DNA from: Mobula birostris
Lineage: Eukaryota
Direction: 5' to 3'
Assembly (NCBI RefSeq): GCF_030028105.1
Contig: NC_092383.1
Location: 89,981,921 to 90,045,920 of the forward strand
DNA: 64,000 bases
Both the position numbers and the translations under genes were made by a program. How positions within the stretch are numbered: position 1 is the first letter of the stretch; each line of letters starts with the position of its first letter. This document shows, piece after piece, positions 39,398 through 61,893 of the stretch. A model generated the notes under the pieces. It did no database searches, had not been told where the DNA came from, and saw only the letters and a program-made list of their open reading frames with translations.

Positions 39398-41997
39398 GGA
39401 TGATCGAGCTGAGGGTGAGCCAGCAGGTTTACAAGTAGATGATGGGTGTAACATGAATGTAATGAAGGACAAGCCAATGATGGGGTACAAATGCAGACAG
39501 AGCAAAGAACTCAACTGGACCACAGAGTCAAAATTCATCAGGGCGAAGGCTGCCGGACTGAAGCTGCGATATTTAAATCGGCGTAGCATCCGGAATAAGG
39601 TGGGTGAACTCGTGGAACAATTAGAGGTTGGTTGGTGTGACATTGTGGGCATCACTGAGTCGTGGCTGGAAGACCATAGTTGTGAGTTTAACATCAAAGG
39701 ATATACTCAGTAAAGTAAGGACAGGCAAGAAGGTACAGGCGGTGCTCTGGCTATATTAGTAAGAGATGGAATTACATCCGTAGATGGAGATGACGAGGGT
39801 CTGAGAACATTGAAGCTTTGTTGGTGGAGTTAAGAAACAGCAAAGGTGAAAAAAAACATTCTGAGAATCTTATAGGCCTCCTAATAATAGCCAATATGTG
39901 GGGTTGAGTTTGTAAAGAGTGTTGGAAAAGGCATGTGAAAAGGATAATGATACAGTGGTATTGGGGGACCTCAATATGCAAGTGGATTGGGAAAATCAGG
40001 TTTTTCCCAAGGAAAAAGAGAGGGAATTTGTTGAATGCCGATGAGAGGGCTTTTCAGAGCATCTTGTGCTTGAGCCTACTTGGGGAAAGGCTTTTGGGTG
40101 TTGTGTCATGACCCAGATCTCATTAGGGAGCTTAATGTTAAAGGAACAGTTAGGAGACAGTGATCATAATATGATTGAATTCATACTGCAAATTGAAAGG
40201 GAGAAGCATAAATCACAGGTAATGCCGGTCGTGCATGCAGCCTGTTACAGAATCAAAACTCATTTGTAAGGCCAGTGATGCTGTGGGGATGGAACTGGAC
40301 TCTCTCACGGTGGTGTCTGAAAAGAGGATGCTGTCCAAGTTGCATGCCATCTTGGACAATGTCTCCCATCCACTACGTAATGTACTGATTGGGCACAGGA
40401 GTATATTCAGCCAGAGACTCATTCCACCGAGATGCAACACAGAGCATCATAGGAAGTCATTCCTGCCTGCGGACATCAAACTTTACAACTCCTCCCTTGG
40501 AGAGTCAGACACCCTGAGCCAATAGGCTGGTCCTGGACTTATTTCCATCTGGCATAATTTACATATTATTATTTAATTATTTATGGTTTTATATTGCTAT
40601 ATTTATACTCTATTCTTGGTTGGTGCAACTGTAATGAAACTCAATTTCCCTCGGGATCAATAAAGTATGTCTATCTATCTATCTATCTACCTAACAGTAT
40701 AGCAATGGAATAAAGAAAATTACAGAGGCAAGAGACAGGAGGTTACCCCGGTGGATCAAAGGAAGATTCGTTGTTGCCGGTCACGTGACAGAAGATACTG
40801 GCGGGGATGATGGTAGAGCAGAAGCAGCTGAAGTTTCTGAGAATAATTCACAAGGCACAGGATAGATATGTCCCATAGAAGAAGTAGTTCTCAAATAGCA
40901 GGGCTAGCCAACCGTGGATGACAAAGGAAGTTAAGGTCTTCATGAATGCCAAGGAAAGGGCATATAAGTTAGCGAAAGTGAGTGGGAAACTGGATGATTG
41001 GGAAGCTTTTAAAATCCTAGAGTGCTCGAGGTCTGTGAGTGTCAGGCAGCAGGAGTGAGTGACACAAAGGTCTTAAGGTGCTTAAGTCACTCACAATTCC
41101 TAGAGTCATTCCAAGACTCTCTCAAATGAACTACATCCCAGAGTCCTAAGAGACATTGCTGAACAAATAATGGATGCTTTTGGCGTGATCTTTCAAGAAT
41201 CTCTTAACTCTGGCATGGTCCTGGAGGACTGGAAGATAGTAAACGTCACACCACTCTTTAAGAAGGGAGGAAAGTGAAAGAAAGGAAATTATAGGCCAGT
41301 TAGCCTAACTTCAATGTTTGGAAAAGTATTGGAGTCTATTGTTAAGAATCAGGTTTTGGGGTACTTGGAGATTGATGATAAAAATTTCAAGGGGAATAGA
41401 ATATAACAGCAAGGAGATAATGTTAGGCTTTAAAAGGCACTAGTCAGGTGCACTTGGAGTATTGTCAACAGTTTTGAGTCTCATATCTCAGAAAGGATGT
41501 GTTGTCATTGCAGAGAGTAGAGAGGATGATTCTGAGAGTGAAGGGGTTAACATATGAGGAGCATTTGGCAGCTTTGGGCCTGTACTCACTGGAACTTAGA
41601 AGCATGCGTGGGGATCTGATTGAAATCGACCAAATGTTGAAAAGTCTAGATAGGGTGGATGTGGAGAGGATGTTTCCACTGGTGGAGGTATCCAAACTAG
41701 AGAGTTCAGCCTCAAAATTGAGGGCCAAACTTTTAGAACAGAATTAAAGGAAGCTTTTCTTTAGCCAGAGAGTCGTGAATCGGTGGAATACTCTGCCACA
41801 GACTGTGGTGGAGGCCATCTCCAAAGGTATATCTGAGGCGGATGTTGCTAGTTTTCTGATCTCTCAGGGCGTCAAAGAAAATGGCAAAAGGGCAGTTGTA
41901 TGGCGTTGAGTGGGATCCGGGATCAGCCATGATGGAACAGTGGGACAGACTCAATGGGCTGAGTGGCCTAATTCTGCTTCTATATCTTATGGTCTTA
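39398..41997 (+). mobile_element. Internally deleted CR1-type LINE (unit 2)
   Basis: Same as 16830-19430. Confidence 0.85.
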
Positions 41998-42353
41998 CAT
42001 GGAGGTTGTACAAGGGAAAGGCAATAGCAGAATACAGATTATAGTGTAACAGTTACAGAGAATGTGCATTGCAGGTATTAATAACTTTACATAGAAAGAC
42101 ACTTTATGATACCAAAGGAAATTACAGTGTCACAGTAGCATTATAAGTGTACAGATTTACAAATCAGAGATTACAAGATTTTCAAGATTTCCAAATTCAC
42201 ACTGATAAGATGGTAGTGCAAGAATTGCTGTAATATTATAAAGTAATGGGTGCATCTTCACACCATCAAGATAAGAACTGGTGGTGGTATTGCACAGTAT
42301 TGCACGATAGCAGGAGTGGTAAACAGAGCTAAACAGATTGAAAGCAGAGCTCT

Positions 42354-43747
42354 AGTAATCAGAGGTAAATAGCAGTCGAACACGAGGGGTCATCACTTCC
42401 CTGGCTATAGACCAAGGTTAAGAATGACCTCATGTCGCGCTCTTTGCAGCAGTGCAGTTGTCTTAGTCTATTACTGAAAGTGTTCCTTCGATCCGCCAAG
42501 GTGGTATGCAGAAGGTGAGAAACATTATCCAGAATTGCCAGGATTTTCCAAAGGGTTCCTTGTTCTACCACAGCCTCCAGTGTGTGCAGTTTGACACCTA
42601 TAACAGAGCCAGCCTTTCTAATCAAATCAGCCAGTTTGCATCACCTGTGCTGATGCCATTGCCCCAGCACACCACTGCACAGAATATTCTACTGGAGGCA
42701 GCAGACGAGTAAAATATGTGCAGCAGAGGCCTCCGTTCTCCAAAGGACCGCGATCTTCTCAGGAAACAGAGGTGACTCTGGTCCTTCTTGTACACAGCCT
42801 CTGTGTGGGTGCTCCTTTCAAGTCCGCAATCCACATGCAAACCTGGGACTTGTAGGTCCCACCACACCCACATTCTCACCATCAATTGTAACAGACAGAG
42901 GGGCTGGCTTAGTCTTCCTAAAGTCCATCTCCATCTCCTTTGTCTTACTGATGTTGAGCTGCAAATGATTCCGTTTGCACTGTTTGACAATGTCCTCCAC
43001 CAGGGCCCTGTATTCATCCTCCCATCCTCCCTTTAAAAACCCAACTATTGCTGAGTCATCGGAGATTTCTGCAGATGACATGACTCAGAGTTGTACCTAA
43101 AGTCTGAGGTATACAGAGTACAGATGAAGGGAGCCAATACCATCCCCTGTGGAGTCCCAGTGCAGCTTTTAGACACGTCTGACACACAGCTCTGAAGCTG
43201 CACAAACTGTGGTCTGCCAGTCAGGTCAGCCATTATCCAGGATCCAATGGAAGTGCTAACCTGCTTTGAACAGAGATTCTCCCCCAGCAAGGAGCGTTGT
43301 ATGGTATTGATGGCACTTGAGAAATCAAACAACATGATCCTCACAGTACTGCCTTGTTTATCAAAATGGGAGTAGGCTCTGTTCAGCGGGTAAATGACAC
43401 CATCGTCAACTGCAATGTGCTCCTGGTAGGTAAACTGCAGGAGATCGAGGTCTGATCTGACCAGGGGTCAAAGGTAAGCCAGGAACAGCCTCTCTAGGGA
43501 CTTCATGATGTGTGAGGTCAGGGCCACAGGATGGCAGTTATTCAAGATTATTTGGTCAGCCCTTCTTGGGCACTGGGACCAAATATGATGTTAGCCAGAT
43601 TGAAAATTCACTGGAGAACTCCACACAGCTGCTCAGCACACTCCTTCTGGACCTTGGGGTTCACACCATCCAGTAGTAATTCTTTGCTATGTCTGAGTTT
43701 CCACAGAGTTTCCCTTCACATTTGCTCAGTAGTGAAGGTCAGTCCAT
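42354..43747 (-). mobile_element. Decayed Rex1/Babar-like LINE (unit 2)
   Basis: ORFs 43045-43344, 42818-43081 and 42359-42625. Confidence 0.85.
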
Positions 43748-45524
43748 GATGACTGTGGAATTGGTGTAAGTAGGGGGCTGGGGAGGAGAGGTTTGGGATA
43801 ATAGAAGATAATTGTTCATTATAAATTGTTTTTTGGGTAGGCTCGGAAATTGAAGGATTGCTGGACAGTATGACTCGAAGGGCCAAAATAGGCTATTCCT
43901 CACTGTATCGCAGTAAACTAAAAAATGAAGTTAGAACAACAGAATTCAGAATAAAGAGTGACAGTCACAGAGAAAGAGCAGTGCAGGTTGACATTAAGGG
44001 GAAAGATCATAACGAGGTAGATTATGAGCTCAAGAATCTATCTCATTTTGCTAGGGAACCATTCAATAGTCTGAAAACAGCAGGGAATTGCTGTCCTTGA
44101 GCCTGGTGGTACCTGCTTTCAGGGTTTTGTAGATTCTGCCCTCTGAGAGAGGAGAGAAGAGACATTGTCTCAGGTGGATGAGTCCTTGATTATTCAGGCT
44201 GCTCACCAAAGTAATCCAGAGCTAAAACAGAATGCTGGATGGCTCAGGTGAGGCAAATGATTCCTTGAACCTCTTCCACCCTGGTTAACATCATTCGGTA
44301 TTGATGACGTGGCCTCTTTGACATTGGTGAAGCCAAGCATAGATTAGACCAGTGGTGGAGAACCATTTTGAGAGAGTGTGTCCAAATTGGCGAGAATCAT
44401 CTAAAGAAATTCTGCTGTGCAGCAGGGTAAGTTTGAGGAGAAATGATCATTAATTAATGCATTAGTGACAATAATCATGAACATTTTTAAAGGAAAAAGG
44501 ATGTGTCCTCTTTATTTATGTGTATTTATTCAGTTATTATTAATAAAAGTCTAAGGGAGATTGAAATAAATGAGGCATTTTAGAAAACCTCTTCAAAAAT
44601 GTATTAATATTCATCTTTAAAAAGATATGTGAAAAATAACTTCATTTTAAATAATAATGATTTTGTAACCATTTGTCATGCAAATACTGATGGGTATACC
44701 AGGTCTGCTGTCATGAGATCTGCTGGCCTTTGTGGCTTGCCAGAGAGCGTTAGGCTTCTGCCTTTCTGTAACACCTATATTTACTAATTGTTGTTTTAAA
44801 TAGAGTCGTTCAGCCCTTGTGCTTTCTGTTTAATCTTGTTCAGTTAATTGTGACTGGGACGGGTTTTCCGCATTTTGTGGTTATTTACAGCGGTCTCCTG
44901 AATACCATTCAACACAGGGTCCTTGTGTTGAGAATGACTTGTCTCGCGGTGTCGCTGGATTGTGCCTCCGATGTTCTATGCAATTCCTACCTATAACCTC
45001 TTGCTTTTGTCTCTGAATGTGAATCTGCCATTTCTCCACACCAGAGTTGAGTCTTTTCCAGCACTCACCATGACATAAGGACCCCGTAATCAATGGACCC
45101 ATCAGATGTTCAAGAGCGGCTTGGACATCGGTCACCCGGAGACAAGGGTGGCCTCCTTACTGAGTTTCTGATTTCCATGATGGAAAAATAACCTTGAAAA
45201 TGCAAAACCACAGTAACAACATGAAAGTTTGGGAAATGCAGGGCTGGGCTTCTTGAAGAGTGGTGACAGGAGATGATTAGTTCTGATTCAGTGGCTTCAC
45301 CTGGCACTGTGTATTGGTCCACTTACTGCAGTGTTTCTTATCTCTGGGGACTGTATAAAAAGAGAGCATTCAGTGGGACTTGGACGTAATACTTTGAGGT
45401 CTCACCGACAGGATTGAGTAGGAGGTGTGTTGCAGTGGGAGGGGCCTGGGCACACCCAGGTAAGTTTTTTAATACTTGCTCTGTTCTGTCCACTAAACAG
45501 AGTTTGTACTTCCAGAAGATTTTA

Positions 45525-45579
<55 letters not shown>

Positions 45580-46099
45580 AAAGAAAAAAGGAACTGGAAT
45601 TCTGGTAATATGCATCTCATGATTAAATTTTATTCAACAAACTATTTATAGATATATCCCACAGGGTAGAGCAATAGGCTGTGTGATGTTCAGCTCACAT
45701 TTACATCAAATAGATTTCACTCCATGAGAAAGGTTCTGGAGTGAATCACTGGAAACCACAGCTGAAGAGGAAAATCAGGAAAGAAGAGAGGAAAAGAGAG
45801 GAATCTGAGAAGAGGCATAATTACATGATGTCAATATTTGCATATCCAGTCCAGATCCAAAATTCGTAGATTGGTCCTTTAAAATCCCATCCTGGCTGGG
45901 CGTTTATTTCAGTTCTCCCGCTTTTTGCATTTTCCTTTCAGTAAAACCCCAGCATTCAATAGGGTGTCTTCACCTTCAGGATTCTGAAAGTGACTCCCTG
46001 ATCTTTGATACTGACGGGTCAGATGAAAAATCAGATGGCTTAAGTCAACCTGCAAATATGAACTTGGATGGACCTTCAATGGGAACATTCAGGGGCAAG

Positions 46100-54714
<8,615 letters not shown>

Positions 54715-54770
54715 GTTGAATCGATTGGATTCCTTTCAGAATCTGACATCGGGCTTGTGAGCCCTAATAC

Positions 54771-54994
54771 TTATACTCAAGGAATCATTGTCACGTGGAC
54801 ACAGAGACAATCATTCCATATGAAAAGTAAATATTCTGGTACTCGTGATCAGTTTCTCTCTGATAAAATACATTCTATTAAGGACACCCTTCAATGTAGA
54901 AGTTGATAACAAAGTATGTTAAGTGCTGTGAAATTAAAGATAATTCTTATCATAGATAACACAATCTGAAATTAGGTTCAAAACTGTTTTATCA
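54771..54994 (-). promoter_or_regulatory. Putative pepsinogen proximal promoter, copy 3
   Basis: Same TATA, E-box and GATA motifs as copy 1 at offset +45040. Confidence 0.6.
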
Positions 54995-57900
54995 AATGAC
55001 TGAGACCTAAACAGTCCTTCCAGGTGAGGTAGCCCTTTACTTGTGAACCCACCAGTGTCATTTATTGTATCTGGTTTTCCCCTTGAGGCCTCCTCTACAT
55101 CAGTGAGACCTGACACAGAATGGACGATGGTGTCATTGACTGGCTACTCTGTCTATGTCTCTCATAATTTTGTGAAGTCCAACTGAAGTTCAAAGACCAG
55201 AGTATATTTGAATATCCACTGTTTATTCACTTCCACAGACGCTGCCTGACCTGCTGAGTTCCTCCAGCATTTTAAGTGTGTTGCTTTGGATTTCCAGCAT
55301 CTGCAGACTTTTTCATGTGCAGTGAAACCCACACGGTCACGGGGAGAATGTACAAACTCCTTACAGACAGCGGGGCACATCGATCCCTAATTTACTGCAG
55401 GTTCTGTAAAGCACTGTGCTTACCACTGCATTACTGTGCTGCCCGACATGTGCTTTCAGCATGTTGACCTTCATAAATCAGAGAACCGGGCTGTTATCTC
55501 GAAGTTGTCTCAGACGTGCGTGAGGCCAAATTTGGAGTATTGTGTGCAGTTCTGGTCACCTATCTACTGGAAAGATATCAGGAATATTGAAAGAGGACAG
55601 AGAAAATTTTCAAGGATATTGCTGGGACTTGAGGACCTGAGGTAGAGGGAAAGGTTGCATAGACATGGACTTCATTCCCTGCAGCGAAGGAGAATGTGAG
55701 GAAATTTGATAGATGTGTACAAAATGTTGATGGGTATGGATATTGTCAATGGAAACAGGCTTCTTCTGTTGAGGTTGGTTAAGACAAGAGGTACAGGTAA
55801 TAGGTTAAGGGTGAAAGATGAAACATTTAAGAAAAATTTGAGAAGAGACCACCATGACTCCGAGGGTGGTGAGAGTGTGGAATGAGCTGTCAGTCGAAGT
55901 GGTGAACTCCAGTTTGATTGCAACATTTAAGAGAAGTTTGGATAAGTACATGGATGAGGAGGATCATGGTCCAGGTGAGAGTCGATGACACGAGCAGTTC
56001 AGCCTGGCCTAGGTGGGCAGAAGTGCCTGTGTCTGATCTTGCGGGAATGGAACCCACTCTAAGGACCTCACGAACAGCCGCTTATTAATATCCCCAAGGA
56101 CACGGCCTGGAAGACGAGCGTGCTTACAGGGTTCCAGAGATTTCATGGCTCTGGGGACATGCTGATTCCAGGCCGGTGCCATAAATTGAAGCATCGCGGC
56201 AGAACGCGAACATCGGGAGCAGCGGGTTGGCTGCCAGGGGTTGTGTGCTCGGGGAGCTGCAGCTTTTTGCTGCCAAATCTCTAGGCGCAGAGCTCAGAAA
56301 AAGCGAAGCAACAGACTTTTAACATCGTAAATCAGTGAGTTGTTTGTTATGTCTCCTGTCTCACTGTGAAATGGGACACCCTTTTTTTCCCTTATTAAGG
56401 AGAGTGAGAGCCTGTGGTATGTCAAATTATCGGGTGAACGAGTAGTCTTTGGGGTACTGCAAGTCTGTGTCTTTATTGATGCTTTGCTGCATGCTTGAGT
56501 GCTCGGTGGGCAGTGTTGATGCATTTTTGCTGGTGGGGGTGGGGGTCTGGATGTTGCCTTGTTGCTGCTTGTGCAAGGGAGGGGGAGTTGCGGGGGGGAG
56601 CTTTGGGGCTCTAAGTTTTAACTGTCAATCATTCCTTGGGGCACTCGTCTGTTTTTGTGGATGTCTGCGAAGAAAATAAATTTCAGAATCAATGTATTGT
56701 ATACATTTCTCTGACATTAAATGCACTTATTGCAACCTGTTGTAGTGTTCTGTAACTCTGACTCCAAACCCATCCTATTGTTGTACTTGTCTAATTGTCC
56801 CTCCCTCCACCACTACTTCTGGCAGCTCATTCCATGTACCCACCACACTCCATGGGGGAAAATATTGCCCCTCAGGTGCCCTTTGAATCTTTCCCATCTC
56901 ACCTTAAATCATTACCTTTTATTTTTAGACCATGAAAAGAACTGTGACCATTCACTTTATGTACACAGCTCGTGATTTTATAAACCTTGAGAAGGTCACC
57001 TCTCAGCCTCCTTCACTCCAGGGAAAACAGACACAACCTGTCCAGTCTCACGAACCAACAACGAAACAAAAAGAACGGTAGCAGGATCATCGACCACTAA
57101 GTACCTACTCCCCGCACGCAGAAATGGACAAAACTGGAGCAGTCACACCAACCTCCAAATCTCCCTCTCCACACACAACGAATGAGAAACATCAGGCAAA
57201 AAACACAGAATATAAAATACTGTAAGACTGACCAAAAATCTACAGTCCAAGTCCAAATCCAAAACGCAGAAAACCTGGGTAAACCAGCGGCTGTTCTTTC
57301 CCTCTCTGACAGCAGAGTGATCCCACCAGTGTTCAAAAGGCAGTATCCCTTCTTTGACAGCGGACAATCCCACCAGCGATCAAAAGCCTGGCAGTGGGTG
57401 TTCACCTTCCGTTTTCACTCGATATTTCACCCTCTCTCCTTGTTTTAATCGGCGAACAATGGAAGCTTTAATCCACAAATTGGAGCCGAACATCGGCTTG
57501 AGACCCATGCTGCAGTCTTCCTGCCACGATCCTCTCAGAGACTACAGAGCATGAAAACACCCTGACGATTTCCAAAATGGAAATCACAGGCTCAAACAGT
57601 CTCAGAATCACATTCAAGACAAAAAACAAACATAAAAGAAGTGAAATATATGGTTTCATAATCTATCCACAGTCATGAGTCTAACTGTCATCGATACTGT
57701 GGATACTGAACTTTTTACTGTTGGACTTCGGCCATATTCCACCGAGATACAACACTGGGCGGCACGGAAGGTCGTTCCTGCCTGTGGCCATCGAACTTGC
57801 AGCTTCTCCTGTGGAGGGTCAGACACTCTGAGCCAATAGACTGGTCCTGGATTTAATTTCCATCTGGCATAGTTTGCATTTTGTTGTTTGATTGTTTGTG

Positions 57901-58682
57901 GTTTCTGTATTGCTATATTTATGCCCTATTCTTGGTTGGTGCGGCTATAACGAAACCCAATTTCCCTTGGGATCAATAAAGTATATCTATCTATCTATCT
58001 ATCTATCTATACTACGGTAGGAAGAGTCATAAGTCCAATTGTCATTGACACCACACTGCAGTCATGAGTCTGATTGTCATCGACACTACAGTGTGAAGAG
58101 CCATGAGTCCGATTGTCATCGATAGTACTCTACGAGGAGTCATGAGTCCAATTGTCCTTGACACTACAGTACGAACAGTCTTGATTCCGATTGTCACCAA
58201 CACCTCAGTACGAGGAGTTATGAGTCCGACTGTCATGGGCACTGCAGTACCAACAGACATGAGTCCGACTGTCATATACACTTGTCTTGAGTCCGATTGT
58301 CACAGACACTACAACACAGAAACAGGCCCTTCATCCAATCCAGCCCATGCCAGTCTAGTCTTCTGTCTGATTCCAGCTCCTGCACCCACATCAATGCCCT
58401 CTGGAACCCACACATCCATATACCTATGCTAACCTCTTAAAGACTCACTCTTAACAATTTAAGAACACCTTCTTCCTCTTCACCGTCAGATGTCTGAACA
58501 GTCTATAAACCCATGAATGGCAAAGCACAGGAACATTCTCTTCAGCCTTCAATGTTCCCTTGGGGCTCATTCCAAGCATCTAACACTCTCCATGTAAAAA
58601 ACCTGCCCCACGCATCTGCTATAAACTTACGCTCTCTCAACTGAACTGCATGCCCTCTGGAATTAGATAATTCAACCCTGGG

Positions 58683-59540
58683 AATTGAATTGAATTGAAT
58701 TGACTTTATTACGCACATCCTTCATATACATGAGGAGTAAGAATCTTTACAGTAGGTCTCTGTCTAAATGTGCAATAAGCAATTTATATAAATTTATAAT
58801 AAATAGTATGTACAACAAATATAACATGGAAATACAGTTGTATCAGCATGAATTAATCAGTCTCATGGCCTGGTGGAAGAAGCCGTCCCAGAGCCTGTTG
58901 GTCCTGGCTTTTACGCTGCGGTACCGCTTCCCGGATGGTAGCAGCTGGAACAGTTTGTGGTTGGGGCGACTCAGGTCCCCAATGACTCTTTGGGCCCTTT
59001 ATACATACCTGTCCTGAATAGTGGGAAGTTCCCATCTACAGATGCGCTGGGCTGTCCACACCACTCTCTGCAGAGTCCTGCGATTGAAGGAAGTACAGTT
59101 CCTATACCAGGCAGGGATGCAGCCAATCAAGATGCTCTCAATTGTGCCCCTGTAGAAAGTTCTTTGGATTTGGAGGCCCATACCAAATTTCTTCAACTGA
59201 AAGAGGCGCTGTAGTGCCTTTTTCACCACACAGCCGGTATGTACAGACCATGTGAGATCCTTGGAGATGTGTATGTCGAGGACCTTAAATCTGTTCACCC
59301 TCTCAGCTCCAGATCCATTGATGTCAATAGCGGCTCTACTGTCTCCATACCTCCTGTAGTCCATAACCAGCTCCTTCCTTTTTGTGACATTGAGGGAGAG
59401 GTTGTCTTCTTGACATGATTGTGTCAGCGTGATGATTTCTTCTCTGCAGGAAGCCTCATTATTATTTGAGATTAGGCCAATCAGTGCAGTATCGTCAGCA
59501 AATTTAATTAGCAGATTGGAGCTGTGAGTGATGACACACT
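58683..59540 (-). mobile_element. Rex1/Babar- or L2-clade LINE 3' fragment (unit 3; tail 10 bp longer)
   Basis: ORF 58999-59364; gaattgaattgaattgaattga tail. Confidence 0.8.
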
Positions 59541-61893
59541 CACCAGCTATCTATCCCTCTCATACTCTCAGAGGCCTTTTTATCAGCTACACCCATGCAC
59601 CTGCTCATTAATGCCAATCATGTAGCTGCCACTCAATGCATAAAAGCACGCAGACATGGGCAAGAGGTTCAGCTGTTCTTCAGACCAAAACTCAGAATGG
59701 GGAAGTAAAGTATTCGGACTGTGTTGGTCATTGACACAAACAATGCATTTCACAGTATGTTTCAATGTTTCCATGTACTGTCTTTGTGACATATAAAACT
59801 GGTCCATCTCTTCAAAAACTCAGTGAAATTAACCAAGACCTTCAGAAATACAGGATGAAACATGGAACAGGACAAATAATTTCAAGCTATTTTTATAATA
59901 GTTTCAAGGGTATTCATACCTGGGGAATTGTTGAATCAAATGGATAATAAGCAGATTTGTAAACATATTAAAAATGCTCTGTCAACAAAAGAGAATCAGT
60001 AATAAGTGCCTATTATTGACTATTAATTGATAAGGTGAGCAATTAAACATGACTTCTGTTAATAAAATTAACCTCTTGTGTTTCGCTTTGCTCTCACTGC
60101 TGATCAAAGACAACAGTGAAAACAAATTCAAGTGAAAATCTTCAAATTCTGGAAATCCAAGCAACGCACACAAATTACTCGATGATCTCACAGGCCAGGC
60201 AGCGTTTATGGAAAAGAGTACAATCGATGTTTTGGGCCAAGACCCTTCATCAAAACAAAATATTTGCCCGCAAGAATGCCCTCGGTTCCATTTCAATTCT
60301 GAAGTCAATTGTAGACAGTCAGCACAATCATGAGTACTCGCCACCGTAGTATCTGTGACGTCTTGAAGAAGCCGAGCCTCAAAGGCTGTGTCCATCATTG
60401 AGGACCCCCACCACACAGGCCATGCCCCCTTCTCATTGTGACTGTCAGGAGGAGGGACAGAAGCCTGAAGGCACACACTCAGCAATTCAGAAACAGCTTG
60501 CCATCCAGTTTCTAAATTGACATTGAACTTATGAACACCACCTCACCACATTTGTATTATTTATTTCCATTTCTGCACAAGTTACTTTAACTTAACCATT
60601 TAATATATAAATATACACTTACTGGAATTCAGCTTTTTCAATATTTTTCATGTATTGCACTGTACAGCTAACACAAATTTAACAAATTTCACAACATATG
60701 CCGGTGATATTAGTCTTGATCATGCTTTCTGTATATTTTGCATCGATATAAGAAAGATTTTGCATTTATGCTGCACTTCTAGTAGCCTTATTTTCTCGAT
60801 AACGTTTCACACTCTTCAATATACAGATTTGAAAGGTCAGGGTGTCGGGGCCTGAGGCGAGAGACGGGCTGGTTCAGCTCACCTCCCCGTGATACTTACT
60901 CAGCTCCGCACCGAACTGAGAGTCTGCGGCTTCACGTGTGTGGACAGACTCTCTTTTGTGGACATCAGTTCTGATCACTGTTTGCTTGCTTCGATTGTTT
61001 GCATGATCTGTTTTTCTTCTCTCTGCTCGTTGGGTGTTTGACAGTCTGCTTTTTTAATGGATTCTTTTGTGTTTCTTTGTTTTATGGCTACCTGAAAGGA
61101 GACATATCTCTAGAACGTATATGTATACATACTGTGATCGTAAGCATACTTTGAACTTTGAACATCTTCTGAAGTATATTATAATTGGTAATTTGGTTTA
61201 CTACTGTCACATTCACTGGAGTGCAACAACAATGAACCAATTTACCAGTTAGAATGAACTTCAGAAGATGACAATGTCGGTAAGGAGTTATTATTGTCAC
61301 AAAAGGGGTGAGGGGTATATGGGGTGTCCAGGGATGGGTAGCACCTCTGGCAAAGGGGCTTGTTGTGTCCATTCCAGGGCAGATGACTCACCTTTCAGAC
61401 ACTCAGCTCTCACCCGTGGCTCCTAGTATCTGTTTGTATGTGACAGCAGCCAAACCCAATACAGCGCTTCATCAGGTGGGGAAAACCAGGTGGGAAAAAC
61501 CAGGTGGGGGTACCAGACCTGCCCTAGCATGCAAAGTCTGCTCTGGTAGACTGAGATCTGTAGTGAGATCCAACAACTAGGAAGGTGGTTCTGCATCGCT
61601 CTGAGGAGAGCGAACGGCATGAAAAGGCATGGAAGTTGTCATGGTTGTCCACTGCAACCAAGGAATACCTCAGCTTGTGACGCTTGTTTCTACCACAGGG
61701 CCTGGACTGCTGATGTCTAGAAAGTGGAACTGACCCAGTGCGATAGATTTTCCACTTTAAAAACTCTCCCACACAGGTATCTATCACTGTTGGCCACGAT
61801 GAACAAGAACCACTTGCGGTGCAATGATACACCTTGTTTTACATGTCACCCGTACAGATCAATTCATCACATCAGTACATATGATGGGAATCA